NCBI RefSeq assembly: GCF_036321535.1
Contig: NC_087438.1
Location: forward strand, 111,910,001-111,974,000
DNA length: 64,000 nucleotides
Direction: 5' to 3'
Origin: Camelus dromedarius
Taxonomy: Eukaryota
Part shown: in pieces, positions 35,655 through 47,955 of the stretch
Layout of the letters: every line of letters starts with the position of its first letter
How positions within the stretch are numbered: the first letter of the stretch is position 1
The notes under the pieces: generated by a model
What the model was told of the DNA's origin: nothing
The model's input: the letters and a program-made list of their open reading frames with translations, nothing else
Database searches by the model: none
Translations under genes and position numbers: made by a program

Positions 35655-35850
35655 TAAATTCTGGCTCTGCCATCTACTGTCTGAGTGACCGTGGGCAAAT
35701 TTCTAAGACCCAGTTTTCTGTAAAATGAGAATAATAATAATACTTATTATTATAACAGTATAAAGATCAAATAAGAAGGTGCTTGAAAAGCACCTAGAAT
35801 GGTCCCTGGTCCATAGTACTGCTCAATAACCAAAAGCCTTTATAATTTAA
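35655..35850 (+). mobile_element. MIR SINE
   Basis: AAATTCTGGCTCTGCCATCTACTG...GTGACCGTGGGCAAAT...CTGTAAAATGAGAATAATAATAATAC...CATAGTACTGCTCAATAA. Confidence 0.85.
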
Positions 35851-35944
35851 TGTGCTATCAACTACATTTACAGAGTACAGACCATGCGGAAGGGTTGCAT
35901 CAGTTCCCCGTGGCGCTCTTTAAATCCTGTGTAAAGAAAACAGG

Positions 35945-36121
35945 GGGGAGGGTATAGCTCAAGTGGTAGAGAGCATGCTTAGCCTGCACGAGGTCCTGGG
36001 TTCAACCCCCAGTGTCTCCTCCAAAAATAAATAAGTAAATAAATAAACCTAATCCTCCCCTACTGCCAAAATGAAATAATTAAATAATACAATTTAAAAA
36101 GAAAAAAGAAAAAAAAAAAAA
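35945..36121 (+). mobile_element. tRNA-Ala(AGC)-derived SINE, camelid Vic-1 type
   Basis: GGGGAGGGTATAGCTCAAGTGG (A box)...CTTAGCCTGCAC (AGC at 35981-35983)...GGGTTCAACCCC (B box), AT-rich body and A tail; TSD AAAGAAAACAGG(G) at 35933-35945 and 36122-36134. Confidence 0.9.
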
Positions 36122-37254
36122 AAAGAAAACAGGGCTTTATTTATGGGGCTGCTGTTGGGGTGAAATGTCTCCTACTCTAGAGAAGAAACCCTGCTCAAGG
36201 AAGTACATGTTATTAATAAAACCACCGTCTTCGCCCTTCAGGTGCTTGATCGCCATCAGTTCCTTTAGGTCCCACAACAACTCTTACGAGATCGGTCTTC
36301 CTCTCTCCTGTGTGGCTGAGTTTCGGCAAGGTTACCTGCCTGAGTGAGGGTCAGTGACAGGATGAGAACCACGGTCTGTGGGACTCCACAGAGTCCATGA
36401 GTTGAACCCCTTGGCTGAATAGCCTTCTGCCACTGTTACTTGTGCTTTCTCTGGGCTTTGCTTTCCTGAAGCCAAAGGTCACTCTTGTCCCTCCTCTCCT
36501 GTTGCAGGCTCACAGGCTGCAGCAGGTGGGAGTCAGTTTTCTGCACTCCCTACAGGTTTCCTGGGTCCATCTTTCTTCTGTTCCAGCATTAGCTGAAATT
36601 CATGTGCAGAGTCTTCAACCCTAGGTCCTCCTGATGCTTCCAGATGAGAGAAGGTGACCCCGAGCTCAGGCCAGGCTGGGCTGTCCACAAAGCGTGGGAA
36701 AATTATCAGCAGAGACAAAAAATAAATGTTCTCCCTCAAGAACTGTTTTTGTAGGGCTGCATTTTCTGATGTGAAGAGCACATTTTTTGTTAATCTGTTC
36801 TCAGTGGCAGAATCAGGGAGAGTGGGAACAGGGCTATTTTATCTACCCCAAACAATTCATCAAACAAACTCAGGGGATCTGAGATAGTCTCTGACAAATA
36901 AGTCAACAGTGCTCCCTTTGTCTCGGACCACACATGCAAACCGTTTCTTTTAAAGGTAGAGGAGGTCATCTTGATGTTCTGTGGATGTCTGCAGGCGACA
37001 CATGCTTTCCTTTACTCCTTCCTGGCCCCCAGGGTGACTGCAGATCTTAAAGGCTGTTTGGGGAGGAGAGTGGGAAATACTGAATGGCAAGGGAAGGCAG
37101 AACTTGGTTGTCCATAGAGAGTTTGGGCCTCTGTGGGGAAGAACTGGCTAGGCCTCTGGGAAAGCACTGAGAGGTAGACACACAGTTGCCCTTGTGGCAT
37201 GCCCCTCTCCAGAACATGGTAGCTTTTTTTCTGCTTTGGGACAGGAAAAGTAAT

Positions 37255-37600
37255 AATACTGATTACAGCTAATGTTCTCTGAGCACTTTCAGAGTGCTGG
37301 GCTTGAGGGTAAAGCCCTGTGCAGATTATCTCATTTCATCTTCACAGCAGTCCAGGGAGGCGGGGAAAGCTATTATTCTGTTTCCCGATTGATAACTGAG
37401 GTTCAGAGAGGTTAAGTCACTGGCCTGAGGTCACACAGCTAGAAAGCAGGGAGGCAGAATTTGGACGTGGACAATTTGATTCTAGTCCCATACTCTCAGG
37501 CCCAGAGAAGCTGTGACTTGCTCACAGTCGCAAGCTGGTTAGGGGGCAGAATAGGATTAGAATTTAGGCCTTCTGATTTTCAATTTTTCTGACCATATCA
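37255..37600 (-). mobile_element. Two tandem MIR SINEs
   Basis: AACTGAGGTTCAGAGAGGTTAAGTCACTGGCCTGAGGTCACACAGCTAGAAAG, then GGCCCAGAGAAGCTGTGACTTGCTCACAGTCGCAAGCTGG. Confidence 0.85.
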
Positions 37601-37764
37601 CTCTGCCTTTTCATTTAAATTGTCATGGAAATGATATTTCAAAGGACCAAATTCAAGACAGCGTTCAGTTCATTCATTCAAATTAGTCTCACAAACGAGC
37701 AGACAAGCTTGATCGTCTTCCTTTAACAGTGTTAAAGAGCAATCGAGGGGATTTTTGTTGTTTT

Positions 37765-37830
37765 TATTAAGATAATAATTTATAATAATAATTTAAAACA
37801 ATAATAATAATAATTTATTAAAATGATTAA
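37765..37830. repeat. Imperfect (AAT)n low-complexity tract
   Basis: ATAATAATTTATAATAATAATTT...ATAATAATAATAATTTATT. Confidence 0.85.
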
Positions 37831-38010
37831 AATTATTTCTTTTCTGAGTATGAAAGTAATATAAGCTCATTGCAGAAAATTTGGAACATATAATAAAGTA
37901 AAATTTTTAAAATGACTCATACTCCCCATACCTAGAGGAAATGTTAGCGTTTTAGCATATTTTTAAAAATATGGTTGACTTCATGATCTATATGTATCTA
38001 ATTTTATATC
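37830..38010 (-). mobile_element. L1ME 3' end
   Basis: ATGAAAGTAATATAAGCTCATTGCAGAAAATTTGGAAC...CCCATACCTAGAGG...GTTAGCGTTTTAGCATATTT. Confidence 0.7.
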
Positions 38011-41000
38011 CAACTTGAAGTTATATTGCTGATGATAAATAGGTTTTAAATATGATTGACTGGTACTTAGAAGGGTTCTGTGGCCTTGTGTACATCTTCG
38101 GTGAACTGATGATGGTTGCTGCAGGTCCATGGTTGAGGACTGCATCAGGAGAAGCATTTATCTGGTATACTTTTAGGGGCTGCATCATGGCTGCACTTCA
38201 TTTGAAGACATTTTGCTGCTAGTGTTATTTCCGGGAACGATGACGTTGGGGCAGGCGAAGGGCTTACTCTCATGTATTGATGAGGTTTGCCTGGTGGCCT
38301 CGATTAGAGCCAGAATTTCCCTTACTGTCAAAAGGACAGTGCTTCATGTGGCAGAAGGATTTGGGTCCTCTCTTGATAGGTATGTGGAGGCCCTGATCCC
38401 TGAGACAGAGGGACTGGGGTTGGAATAGCCTGCCTCGCGGGGTTTGTCAACTCCATGCCTCTCCATCTCGTCTTTGTCTGGTTGCCTGTTTGTCATCTTG
38501 CACTTGGCCTTCTGTATAGCAAAATGCGGAAGTGAACCACTCTCTGATGTCAGAGTCCTCTGCTCCCCTTTACTTATTAAATCCCTGAAATAGTGAACTA
38601 AGGGTTGGAAAAGACCTTCAGGTGCATTCCAAAGCTCTTATCTTACAGAGGAGGCTTTACATGGAGTGTGACACAGGCTGGCCTAAAGTCGTGGTCTCCT
38701 GGCCTGTGTTCAGCTCTTCCCCTTCCTTGTTGATTTGCTTTTAAACTCTATGGCATTATATTTTTATAAGGAGAAAAAGACATTGATGGATGGATTTAAA
38801 ATCTTACAGAAATGATCCACTTGTAGAGAAGAGCCTTGTTGAGTCATTTACATTTTACACCTTGATTCTTCCAGTTATCTGTGCCCACTGTGACTGGTTT
38901 CCAAACCAAAAATTAGATCATGTGGTCAAAGAGTCCTGAGTTGATTTGTGAAGTTATTTTAAAAAAAGGTGTTATACAGGTTTACAAAGAAAATCATAAT
39001 TAGTTACTTAGTGATTTATCTATTGAGGAAGTACTATTTTAAGGTTTTTACATGACTTTTCTCCTTTAGTTTTCCCATGATCCTATTACATAAGTATCAG
39101 GAGTGTGTTTATTTGACAGATGAGGAAACCAAGGTGTAGAGAAGTTGGTAGACTTAACTAGGGTCAAGGGTGTGACTGAAGATATTTGATAATTTATCCT
39201 GATTTACTGTAAACTGGCACCTGGTGGTGAGCCCCCCAAAGTCAGGTTTAACCGTGTTTTAGTTAGAAGTCTTGATGCCACTTAATTCTATAGTAGTGGA
39301 CTGACTCAGGTTGACATTTGAGCTTTCCAGCGTTCAGACTTTCTTATCTAAACCACAGTCTCCATTCGGTGAGCAGTGGGCTTTGGGATTGCTGCATTCA
39401 CAGAGGAGGAAGGGCAGAGGTGACGGGGGATGGGGCTAACCTCTTTTGAAATCCTGCTTATGAGTTTGGGACCATGTTCATCCTGAGGTTTTGACTCTCA
39501 TCAAAGCCCTGGTAACTTAATTATTAAAATGTATTCACTCACCCTGTAAAAGACAGAAGTTTCATCACATTCCTTTTAGGCTGTCTCTACTCGGTGACTG
39601 AATGTCTGGGTTGTGTCATAACAAGGCCAATTAAAAAGAAAAAGTCACAGAGTCAAGGCATATCCCCTACCCTCTGAATCAGGTTCATGCCCCTCTCAGG
39701 GTGTATAAATCCCCTGCTCTGCTGGGGCTCAGGGCTGCTCCTCTGGAGCCTGTTGTGCAGTTTTATGGCCTGCACTGACCTCATGATGTCACTGGATCAT
39801 CAGAGGAGGCGGCATGTGGTTACGAAAGGCTGGCTCCTAAGAAGCAGGCCCAAGGCATGGAAAACGGAGAGGCATCCTAGAAACAGCCCCAGGGAGCCAG
39901 AAAAAGGAACTGGGCAGCAATCCTAGGGCAGGATTTCTGCCACCTGCACTTGGGCAGTTGGACATGGTGGCCATACTTCGGCCAGCTATTTGCATTTGAG
40001 CATGAAATCTGACTCCAAGGTGATCCAAAGCAGGGAAAAAAAAAAAAACCCAAACAAATATTGAAGCAGCTATGCTGGCCAACAGGTTGTTAAAAATAAT
40101 ACTCAACCAATGTCAACTCCCATTTTGCTGCATGAAGCATATAGGTCTCATTGGTAAATATGACATAGGGCCTAGGCAGGTAACACTAAGGGGATCTCTG
40201 GTCCTGGTGATGCTGGGCAAGTCATTTGGCTTAGGGCTCTGTTTATCTTTATCAAGGCAGCTTTTTTTTTTTTTTTTTTTAAGATTCCTTTAAAAATAAT
40301 AAATACTAATACTAAAAAGGTTTCCATCAAGCCCATCTTCCAAAGAAGTTTGGAACTCTAGATGGTTAGGAGAGCGATGTTTGTCTTGGTCAGGCACACT
40401 ACCTGTAAGGTGATTATCTATGGAAAGAGCCCTGGATTGAGAGTCTGAACACCCAAGTTCTCAGCTCTGGTTCAGCATGTATTTGGGGTCCCAATGGGCA
40501 GATCCTCCGCACGCTATGACTCCACTTCCCTCTCTAAAAACTAATTCAGTTCCATGCAGCTTGAAGACACCACACATCGATTTCTTTAGCCTCTTTATGA
40601 CATAATTAAATAACCCTTTCCAATTCTTGAGACCACTAGGGAACAGTCTTTGAAAATATGTATTTATTCAGCCGCCAACTCAATGATCATTGTAAGTTGG
40701 ACGGAAAAGACTCCGGGAGTCACTGGGAACCATGTTTTCAGGTTACCATCAGTATGGAGATCCAGAAACTAAAAGGAATTAGGGTGAGTAACAACACATA
40801 GTGAAGCAGGCTGAAAACCAGTGAGACTTGAATCACTTGTTGGTAATAGATGGACCTTTTCCAGCCACCTTAGTCCTCAGAATGTTTTCATCCATAGGTA
40901 GTTATTTATTTATTTAATAAATGGAACCTGGCCAAAGTTTGTTGAAAGCAAAGGTTATTTAAAATATTTTTAACCCTTAAAATTATCCCCCAAACAACAA

Positions 41001-41519
41001 CTCAGAAGCCACACATGATACAGACAGACAGAGGGAGTGCCTGTGATGAGTGCTGCCTTCACTTCCAGTGATACCACTGCTGTTTCTCACCTTTGTTTCC
41101 CCATGCTCTTTGGAAGAATAGGTGTGAAATGTTACCTTTCTTTCAGTCTTCCAGTACTTCCAGGGAGATCTGAAGTCTGCCCCCTGGGACCAACTTCCGT
41201 CACTACTGCACCATTTCCTTGACGCAGCTGGGGGTCTCCTGTTCACAGCTGGCCCTTATCCTTCTTGCCCCCTCTAAGGCCTCCTGCATCATTGAGAAAA
41301 TTGCCTCTTTAAGCCAATTCCCTGCATGCAACTTTCTAGGCCTTTAAAAATTGTCATTAGTAAAAACGTGATCTTGGTTCGTTGTAGAAAATTTAGGAAC
41401 TGAAAGACAAGCAAAAAGAAACACAGAAATTACCCATAAACCCATGACCCTGAGAGAGCCATTGTGAAAATGTTAGTGTATTTCCTGGCATTTGTGTGTG
41501 AGTGGAGAGAAGTGAGCGA

Positions 41520-41745
41520 GGAGACAGCAGTGCCAGATGAGGCCAGAGGGAGATACCAAGCGCACAAGGCCTTGCAGCCAGTGCCGCGGATCTGGGACTT
41601 TCTTCTGAGTGCAATGAGAAAACGAGGAGGAGTTTCCGTAGGACCAAGAGAAGATCATGTATGTGTTTTAGAAAGATCGCTATGACTGCAGTGTGGAGAC
41701 CAGACTGAAGGCAAGAGGCCAGTTAGGAAGCCATGTAAGAAGGAA
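41520..41745 (-). mobile_element. L2 fragment
   Basis: GGACTTTCTTCTGAGTGCAATGAG...TTTTAGAAAGATCGCTATGACTGCAGTGTGGAGA...GGCAAGAGGCCAGTTAGGAAGC. Confidence 0.8.
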
Positions 41746-42124
41746 GCCATGTGCTCATTCTCAAGATCTCACCTTGCGTCATTTCCCTTTTCTGAAATAT
41801 TCTCCTTTCTTCTTAGGTCCATCCAAACTCTACCTCTTCTTCAAACAACTTCGAGTACCCAGCTCTTCAAACCTTTCTTGACTTCCGTCTCCTCTAGAGT
41901 TTTACTCAGTTGTTGGGCCACCTTCTTCCAGCTGACCCACGGAGTGTAACCCACAGCTGCACTGAACCAGGGCAGTCTCGTGGGGCTGGTCACAAAGCTT
42001 TTTCATCTTCACTTTCCCATTATCCATACTTGCGTTATCTCTTGAAGGATCCTATCAGACATGATAAATTAATGAATAATAAAATGTAAACAAAATGAAC
42101 TCTATTATCCCTCCCAGGGCAATC

Positions 42125-42300
42125 GCTTTTTTAAAAACTTCAATCCTATACACAAGCAGGGGGAATAGTATAGTGAGCTCCTGAATGCCGCCAGCCAACC
42201 TCCACAGTCATCAGCTCAAGGCAAATCTTGCTTCTTTTGCACTCCCAACTACTCCATCCTGCCTCCCACATCTTATGTGGGCAATTGCATCATAATAGAC
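42125..42300 (-). mobile_element. L1MC/L1ME 3' end
   Basis: GAATAGTATAGTGAGCTCC...ACAGTCATCAGCTCAAGGCAAATCTTGCTTC. Confidence 0.65.
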
Positions 42301-43224
42301 AAAATAAATTAACCCCAAAGAGTGCATCTTTAAGGGGGAACTACTGGCCATTTTATCAGATAGTTGGGGAAGAAGTTTCCACTGTGCTCTTTTGAGCAAT
42401 CATGTCACATGTGAAGAAGTCAGTGCGTGCACTGAGTGCCTGGGATATATAAATATGTGAGCATGAAGCACATAATACTTTGGGGAAGGAAAATGTTGCC
42501 ATACAGTCTAGCACAATTTTCTGGGGAATCTGAAATAGCATGTCAAATAGAGGTCAAACTACCCTTCTGAGGGGAGATACCTGGCAAAGGAAAATGTGCC
42601 AAACAGAATGACCTTCCACCCTCAAACATATCTGAAGCCAGAAAATGTGCTGGAGGAGTCAGCTTCCTGAAGAACCCAGGTACCCAAAAAGCCTGGAGTG
42701 GTGCTGGAGAGTAGTGCTCTAAAAGGCAATCTTTCTTTTTTTTTAATTTAGGCAACATAATTAAATGATAATAGTACCATGTAGCACAGTTTTATGAAGC
42801 AATAATCCAGTTCCCAGATGGGTAAACTATAAACCTGATGGCCAAGTCATTTATCCCAGTGAAGGAGCCTGATTATTGCAGGGGAAAGCAGGGGATTGCC
42901 CTGTTATGATGATTTTGCTACACAAGTTTAAGTAGGTCTAAGGCATTCAGTGTAGATTCTTACCCTGGATAGGGAAGCTGAAGCTTTAAATCTGGGAGAA
43001 AGATGAAGGCAGATAGGGATGGACTGCGGGCTAGGGGATGTGTTTGAAGAGAGCTTGGGGGTGGTGAGACTCTGCCAAGGAAGCAAGTGGAAAGAATAGA
43101 TGAATTCAGTGAAATTACAGCTTCAGAAAGAAAAAATCATACCACAATTTCTTATACTTTCTTGCTCAGAAAGCAAAAAACTATTTTCCAAAAACAAAAC
43201 AAAACAAAACAATGGAGAAGGGAA

Positions 43225-43430
43225 AGAACTGTTCATTTGGGGGCTCTAACTATATGCCAGCATTTTTATACATTTTATCTCATTTAATCCTCACTGCAAC
43301 CCTATGAAGTAAGGATTGTCTTCCATATGCTTTAATTGAGGAGAATGAGGCTCAGAGAAGACAAGTCATGTGCCCAGGAACACAGAACTCATGTGGGAGC
43401 CAGGATTCAAGCCTGCTCCTTTGACCATTT
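43225..43430 (-). mobile_element. MIR SINE
   Basis: ACTATATGCCAG...TCTCATTTAATCCTCACTGCAACCCTATGAAGTAAG...GAGGCTCAGAGAAG...GCCAGGATTCAAGCC. Confidence 0.9.
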
Positions 43431-44134
43431 TGTTTGTCTCATCCAGAGAGTTAGAAGCAAGAGCTTCCACTGAAATCTGACCTGGTACTGGATGGATGCT
43501 CTCCAGGGTCCCCTTAGTGGTTCTTGATTGCAAAATGTTCTTATACTCTGGGCAGTAAAGAAAGAATGCTGAACACATTTTTTCCTAATGGGATCTTTGG
43601 AGCCAGGAAGGCAGCCTCCTGTTTCTCACAGAGCCCAGATCTGTCCTCTTCCCTGGCCACTTAATTTTCCTCTGCAAAGCATTTATTTTAGTCTGCCAAG
43701 CACCCAGTAGATTCCCAGGCACATGACATCGGTAAATACTGTGCAGTAAATACACAAATGAATGGAAGCATCACCTACACATGCATCTCTGCACAGAGAG
43801 CAGTACTGTATTGCAGGGCCATATCCTTTAGGGTTAGGCTTGAATGTTCACTCCTCTGCTTCTCCATCTTACTAAAGACGTCCACAGTTATTTTTCCATC
43901 TTCCTAGAGCACCTGTTGCTCTAGGTCCAGACCATTCGTGTCGCCAATAACTCATATACTATAGTTTTTGTTGTTGGTTTAGTATAAGAGAATCTTGTCT
44001 CTCCTTGTAGAGTAAAGCAGCTTAAGGAAATGAACTTTCATTATTCTTGTGTCTGCCGTAGCACCTACCACAGCATTCCATTAGAAGGTTCCTGGTGAAT
44101 GTCACTGACTTGAAGGGTCTAGATGAATTTGAGG

Positions 44135-44375
44135 AGGCAGAAGGCATAGTGGTTAAGAGCATGGGCTTTGGAGGGAAACAAAACTGTATTAGAAATCTGG
44201 CTCTGCTGCTTACTAGCCTTGAAAAACGTTCTCCCTCTGAGTGTCACCTCCCTTATCTGTAAAATGTGGACATCAGTGGTAGCTGCTATGTGTTGGATAT
44301 TAAGGTTAAATGAGACTGAGCATGGTGAACACTAAGCATAGTGCTTGGCATAAACCTGATGCCCCAGTAAGTGGT
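44135..44375 (+). mobile_element. Near full-length MIR SINE
   Basis: GGCATAGTGGTTAAGAGCATGGGCTTTGGAG...AAATCTGGCTCTGCTGCTTACTAGC...CTTATCTGTAAAATG...TAAGCATAGTGCTTGGCATA. Confidence 0.9.
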
Positions 44376-44784
44376 AGGAAAAAGAAAAAAGAGAATGTAA
44401 GAGAGCTGACCTTCGTTTTCTTGCAACAGGAAGGGGTATGGCTATGGAAGAGAGGGTACAGGGAGTCCCTTAACTAGATCCAACTGTGACAACTCTGAGA
44501 TGTGAATCGCTTGCAAAAGGCAACTGGTCTTAGAGAATATAGCCCTTGTTACTGACTTCCTTCTTGTGACTTTGAGATGCTATTAGTCATCTCTGTCTTC
44601 TGTCCCTCACTTGGGGATAGTAGGTCAGACCTACACCTGGTACATCTCTGCCATTTTCAAGTCTGAGAATCTACAACTAATTCTTCCTCAAGTGAGAAGG
44701 AATCCCATCTAAAAAAATCTATCCGCCTCAAAAAAAAAAAAAAAAAAAAAAGCAAGAAGAGCACAGGGCTGCAGGAAAAAAAGG

Positions 44785-45256
44785 AAACCAATATTTACTG
44801 AGTGCCTCCATATACCGAGCATTTACTGAAAATGTACTATACTGCATTTTGTGAACAAAAGTGGGACGACTTACTCTGGAAAAGCAAGCAATAAAGATAT
44901 AAATATTGTATTTAATATCAGGTAGATGATTACCGTGAAGCAGAAAATAAAGTAGGGTGAGGGAATAGTAAGTAATAAAAATACTGCTTTAGATAATGTG
45001 GTCAGGGGAGGCCTCTTTGATACTGTGACTTTTGAGTGGAGACATGAGGTCCTGAGAGGGTGAGTTGGGCCAACTTCTAGAAGAAGGGCATTTCAGATGG
45101 AGGAGACAGAAAGTCATCTGAGGTGTTCAACATGGATGTTGTGGTCAAGGGACTGCAAGAAGGCAAATCTCACTGAATCAGCATGACCGAGGAAGAGAGT
45201 GGCAGGAGATGGTGCGGACAAGTACCCAGGAGCCAGGTCGTGTAAAACCTTGTAGG
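44785..45256 (-). mobile_element. L2a 3' part (continues at 46671-47000)
   Basis: AATATTTACTGAGTGCC...GGTCAGGGGAGGCCTCTTTG...GAGCCAGGTCGTGTAAAACCTTGTAGG. Confidence 0.85.
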
Positions 45257-46670
45257 TAGTACTGCCTTCCCCCCAGGCAAGAGCATAGGAGGGTCCCGAG
45301 CACCACAGTCATGGAAAAAGCAAAACTTATTAACGAACACACAGGCCTCTATTCCTTGTGATTCAGCACTCAGTGTTAACACAGAGCAATTCAAACCCTA
45401 CGCATCCACCCTTGTAATTAACACCATTCAGGCCCCAGAGGCACACTTGCCCTATGTCCTCAAAACAAAAGGTCACTGCATCCAAAAGCTGTAAAAGTTT
45501 GATTGAAAGTTGTGCTGTTGCTGACCTTGGAAACGGACGCTGATTAGGAGTTCGGAAAGGATTTGAGTGAAGTATTTAAATAAAAGAAAAGTTGATTTGA
45601 TCAATTCTTCCTTCAAGATATCTCAAATATCAAAACATTTTTGCATAATGAAGTGCAAAATTATTTCCCAGCGGCGTCAAGCATCTATTTTCTTGCTTTT
45701 TTTCATATTCCAAAATGTACTTCTGAAAGTACTCATGAATAAGGTTGCATATGGTGGTTAAAGAATGCTTTGCAATGTAAAAAAGTCATATTACTCTTAA
45801 ATTTTTATATATATTTTTATATACGTTTAGTGGTAAAGTGTTAAATATGCTGTGATACAGGAGCTTTACATTGGCAACTAGATGAACCTTCAGTCTAGAA
45901 TTACAAATAGTTTCATTTTATAAAAATATTAAAGAGGATTTAATTAGATTTTCAAAGAGGTAAATGCGTTTCAGCCTTATTTAAATACTTTGATTTAAAA
46001 TGTTGACATTCATTAATATAAATAAACTTTTGCCTTTAAATTTTAGTAGATAATTTTGAATATTTTAATGAAAGTAGCATTTTTGCAAACATGAAAACAA
46101 TTTTGTTTTGATTTTTGTATTTACATTAATTGAAATTTTTGATGAAAATTTATTCAGATATTATATACTTTGAATAAAAATACCTTTTAATGCTTTAGGT
46201 AATTTCTGTCAATAGAACACAAAATTACATGAAAGTCTTGATTGTAATAAATACTTGCTAATTTTGCTGAAATTAAGGCAAGAAAAAATTTATGGAATGA
46301 ATGGATAGCAATTTATCATTTGTTTACACATTTATTTTATTATTCATCCAAACATATCTAGTCCATCAAGAAGACACCCAAAATGCATAATAATGATGAA
46401 AATGAATAGTTTTAGATATTTTGCCAATGTTTGGATATTTGAAAACCATAGATTTATACTTTAGTCACTTAAAAATAGATTTTAGTCATTTAAAAACGTA
46501 TTTTTAGGTTTCACTCACTATTCCATATATTTATCAAGTATATAGGCAGAAAATATTTTTAAGCAGTTTGTCGTCTTGGTTTAAAACCTTAAAAAACTTG
46601 GAATGTGATAGGTGGATCTTCCTTTGGATTCTTGCCCTGGACCCTGCAAATGTTAGCAGAGGTCGACCTA
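45257..46670. mobile_element. hAT-Tip100-group (Zaphod/Arthur-like) DNA transposon fossil, ~1.4 kb
   Basis: Right end reverse complement CTAACATTTGCAGGGTCCAGGGCAAGAATCC...ACAAACTGCTTAAAAATATTTT matches a recalled Tip100-group terminus; left end has CCAGGCAAGAG; AT-rich interior; cleanly splits an L2. Confidence 0.6.
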
Positions 46671-47000
46671 TACGCTATGGTTGAAAATGGGTTTTATTCC
46701 GTGTGTAATGGACATTTGTTGGAGAATCTTGAGCAGGGACGAGACATGACCTGACTTATGTTCTTAAAATAGTTGTTCTGTCTGCTGGTAGGGAACAGAT
46801 GGGCCAAGGTTAGCAAGCTATTGCAGTGGTCCAGGCAGGTTGGTGGGAGTAGGGTGATGGAGGTAGGATTGGTAAGAAATGGTCTAGATCTGTTCTTTAA
46901 GGTAGAGCCAAGATGGTTTGCTTATGGGTTGGTGTAGAATGTAAGAGAAAAGATTTAAGAATGACTTCAAGGTTTTTGACCTGAGCAACTGGCAAAGTGA
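46671..47000 (-). mobile_element. L2a continuation
   Basis: GGGTTTTATTCCG...TTGAGCAGGGACGAGACATGACCTGACTTATGTT...AAGAATGACTTCAAGGTTTTTGACCTGAGCAACTGG. Confidence 0.9.
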
Positions 47001-47009
47001 CAGTGCTAA

Positions 47010-47120
47010 TCTTCTTCTTGCCTCTTGGGATTGCTATGAGGACTATTTAACTGAAATGCCGTGTGTAAAACATCTAGCACAGTGTCTGGTGCATAGTAGT
47101 TGCTCAATAAACGTTCGTTA
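47010..47120 (+). mobile_element. MIR 3' end
   Basis: GGGATTGCTATGAGGA...CTAGCACAGTGTCTGGTGCATAGTAGTTGCTCAATAAACG. Confidence 0.8.
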
Positions 47121-47584
47121 TGAGTTTTTTATTATTATCTCCTCATTTGTTTGTCTCTAGGGCCATGCAAAAATGCTGATTTTATAATTTTTATTTTTTT
47201 CCAGAAGGAGAAATTGGTCAAGAAGTTGGATGACTTTGTCAAGGCCGTACAGTTAATGAATTGTAAAAGCCAGCTTAGAACTAGAGATTTCTGAGAGGGG
47301 CCGGCCGAGAGCTTTTGAGGGCCACTAGACCAGGACAAGAGCTGGTGTTTGCCAAGTGTGGACTGGTAACCTGGAAGTAAAACTTTGTTTTTGGAAGAGG
47401 AGCAGGTAAAAATGCATCTTCATGGAGACAGGGATCAGGACTTCTGGGTCCTGGGAGGAGTGAATTAGTCATAAGGCCAGAATAGCAGGAGCCTTTTGCC
47501 CAGAGTCAGCTCAGGTAACTGCTTTGTCCTTCCTGCGCCTGTTAATTCCATGAGTTACAGTCATTTAACAGCATTTAATAGGGG

Positions 47585-47955
47585 CAGCACCTAATGTCCA
47601 TTGATGGTTGCATTGCAGACACATTCTAGGCCCTTTACCTGTATTACTGTTATTTTAAAATTCTTACAACAGCCCTGTGAGGGAAGCACTATAGTTGTCC
47701 CTCTTTCACAAGTCAGGAAACTGAGGCACTCTGGTTAAGTAACATGGCTAAAGTTACACAGCTAATAAGTAGTGGAGCCAGTTTCAAAACCAAGCATCAG
47801 AATTCACCCACTTTCAAGTTAAATCTGTTCATTTTATAGATACTTAAAACTGGAGATCAGAGAGGCCAACACCTTGCCTAAGATCACACAGCTAGTTGAT
47901 GGCAGAACTTAGAACCCTTCAACCCTACCTAGTCCAAGCCTCTTCCACTGTCCCA
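47585..47955 (-). mobile_element. Two adjacent MIR/MIR3 fragments
   Basis: CTTACAACAGCCCTGTGAGG...GGAAACTGAGGC...AAAGTTACACAGCTAATAAG; then CATTTTATAGA...TTGCCTAAGATCACACAGCTAG. Confidence 0.8.

Noticed and set aside
35945-36020. Functional tRNA-Ala gene
   Set aside because: Followed by a SINE body and A tail and bracketed by a TSD, with mismatched stems; it is a SINE head.
38230-38300. Minus-strand peptide HESKPFACP resembling a C2H2 zinc-finger linker
   Set aside because: No second Cys and no preceding His pair; the flanking translation is not zinc-finger-like.
40681-40721. Two adjacent palindromes, CAATGATCATTG and GACTCC-G-GGAGTC
   Set aside because: 6-bp-arm palindromes occur about once per 4 kb; the SOX-dimer resemblance is imperfect.
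44720-44751. TCCGCCTC followed by A22, resembling an Alu 3' end
   Set aside because: No Alu body upstream and the genome appears to be camelid; an isolated poly-A.
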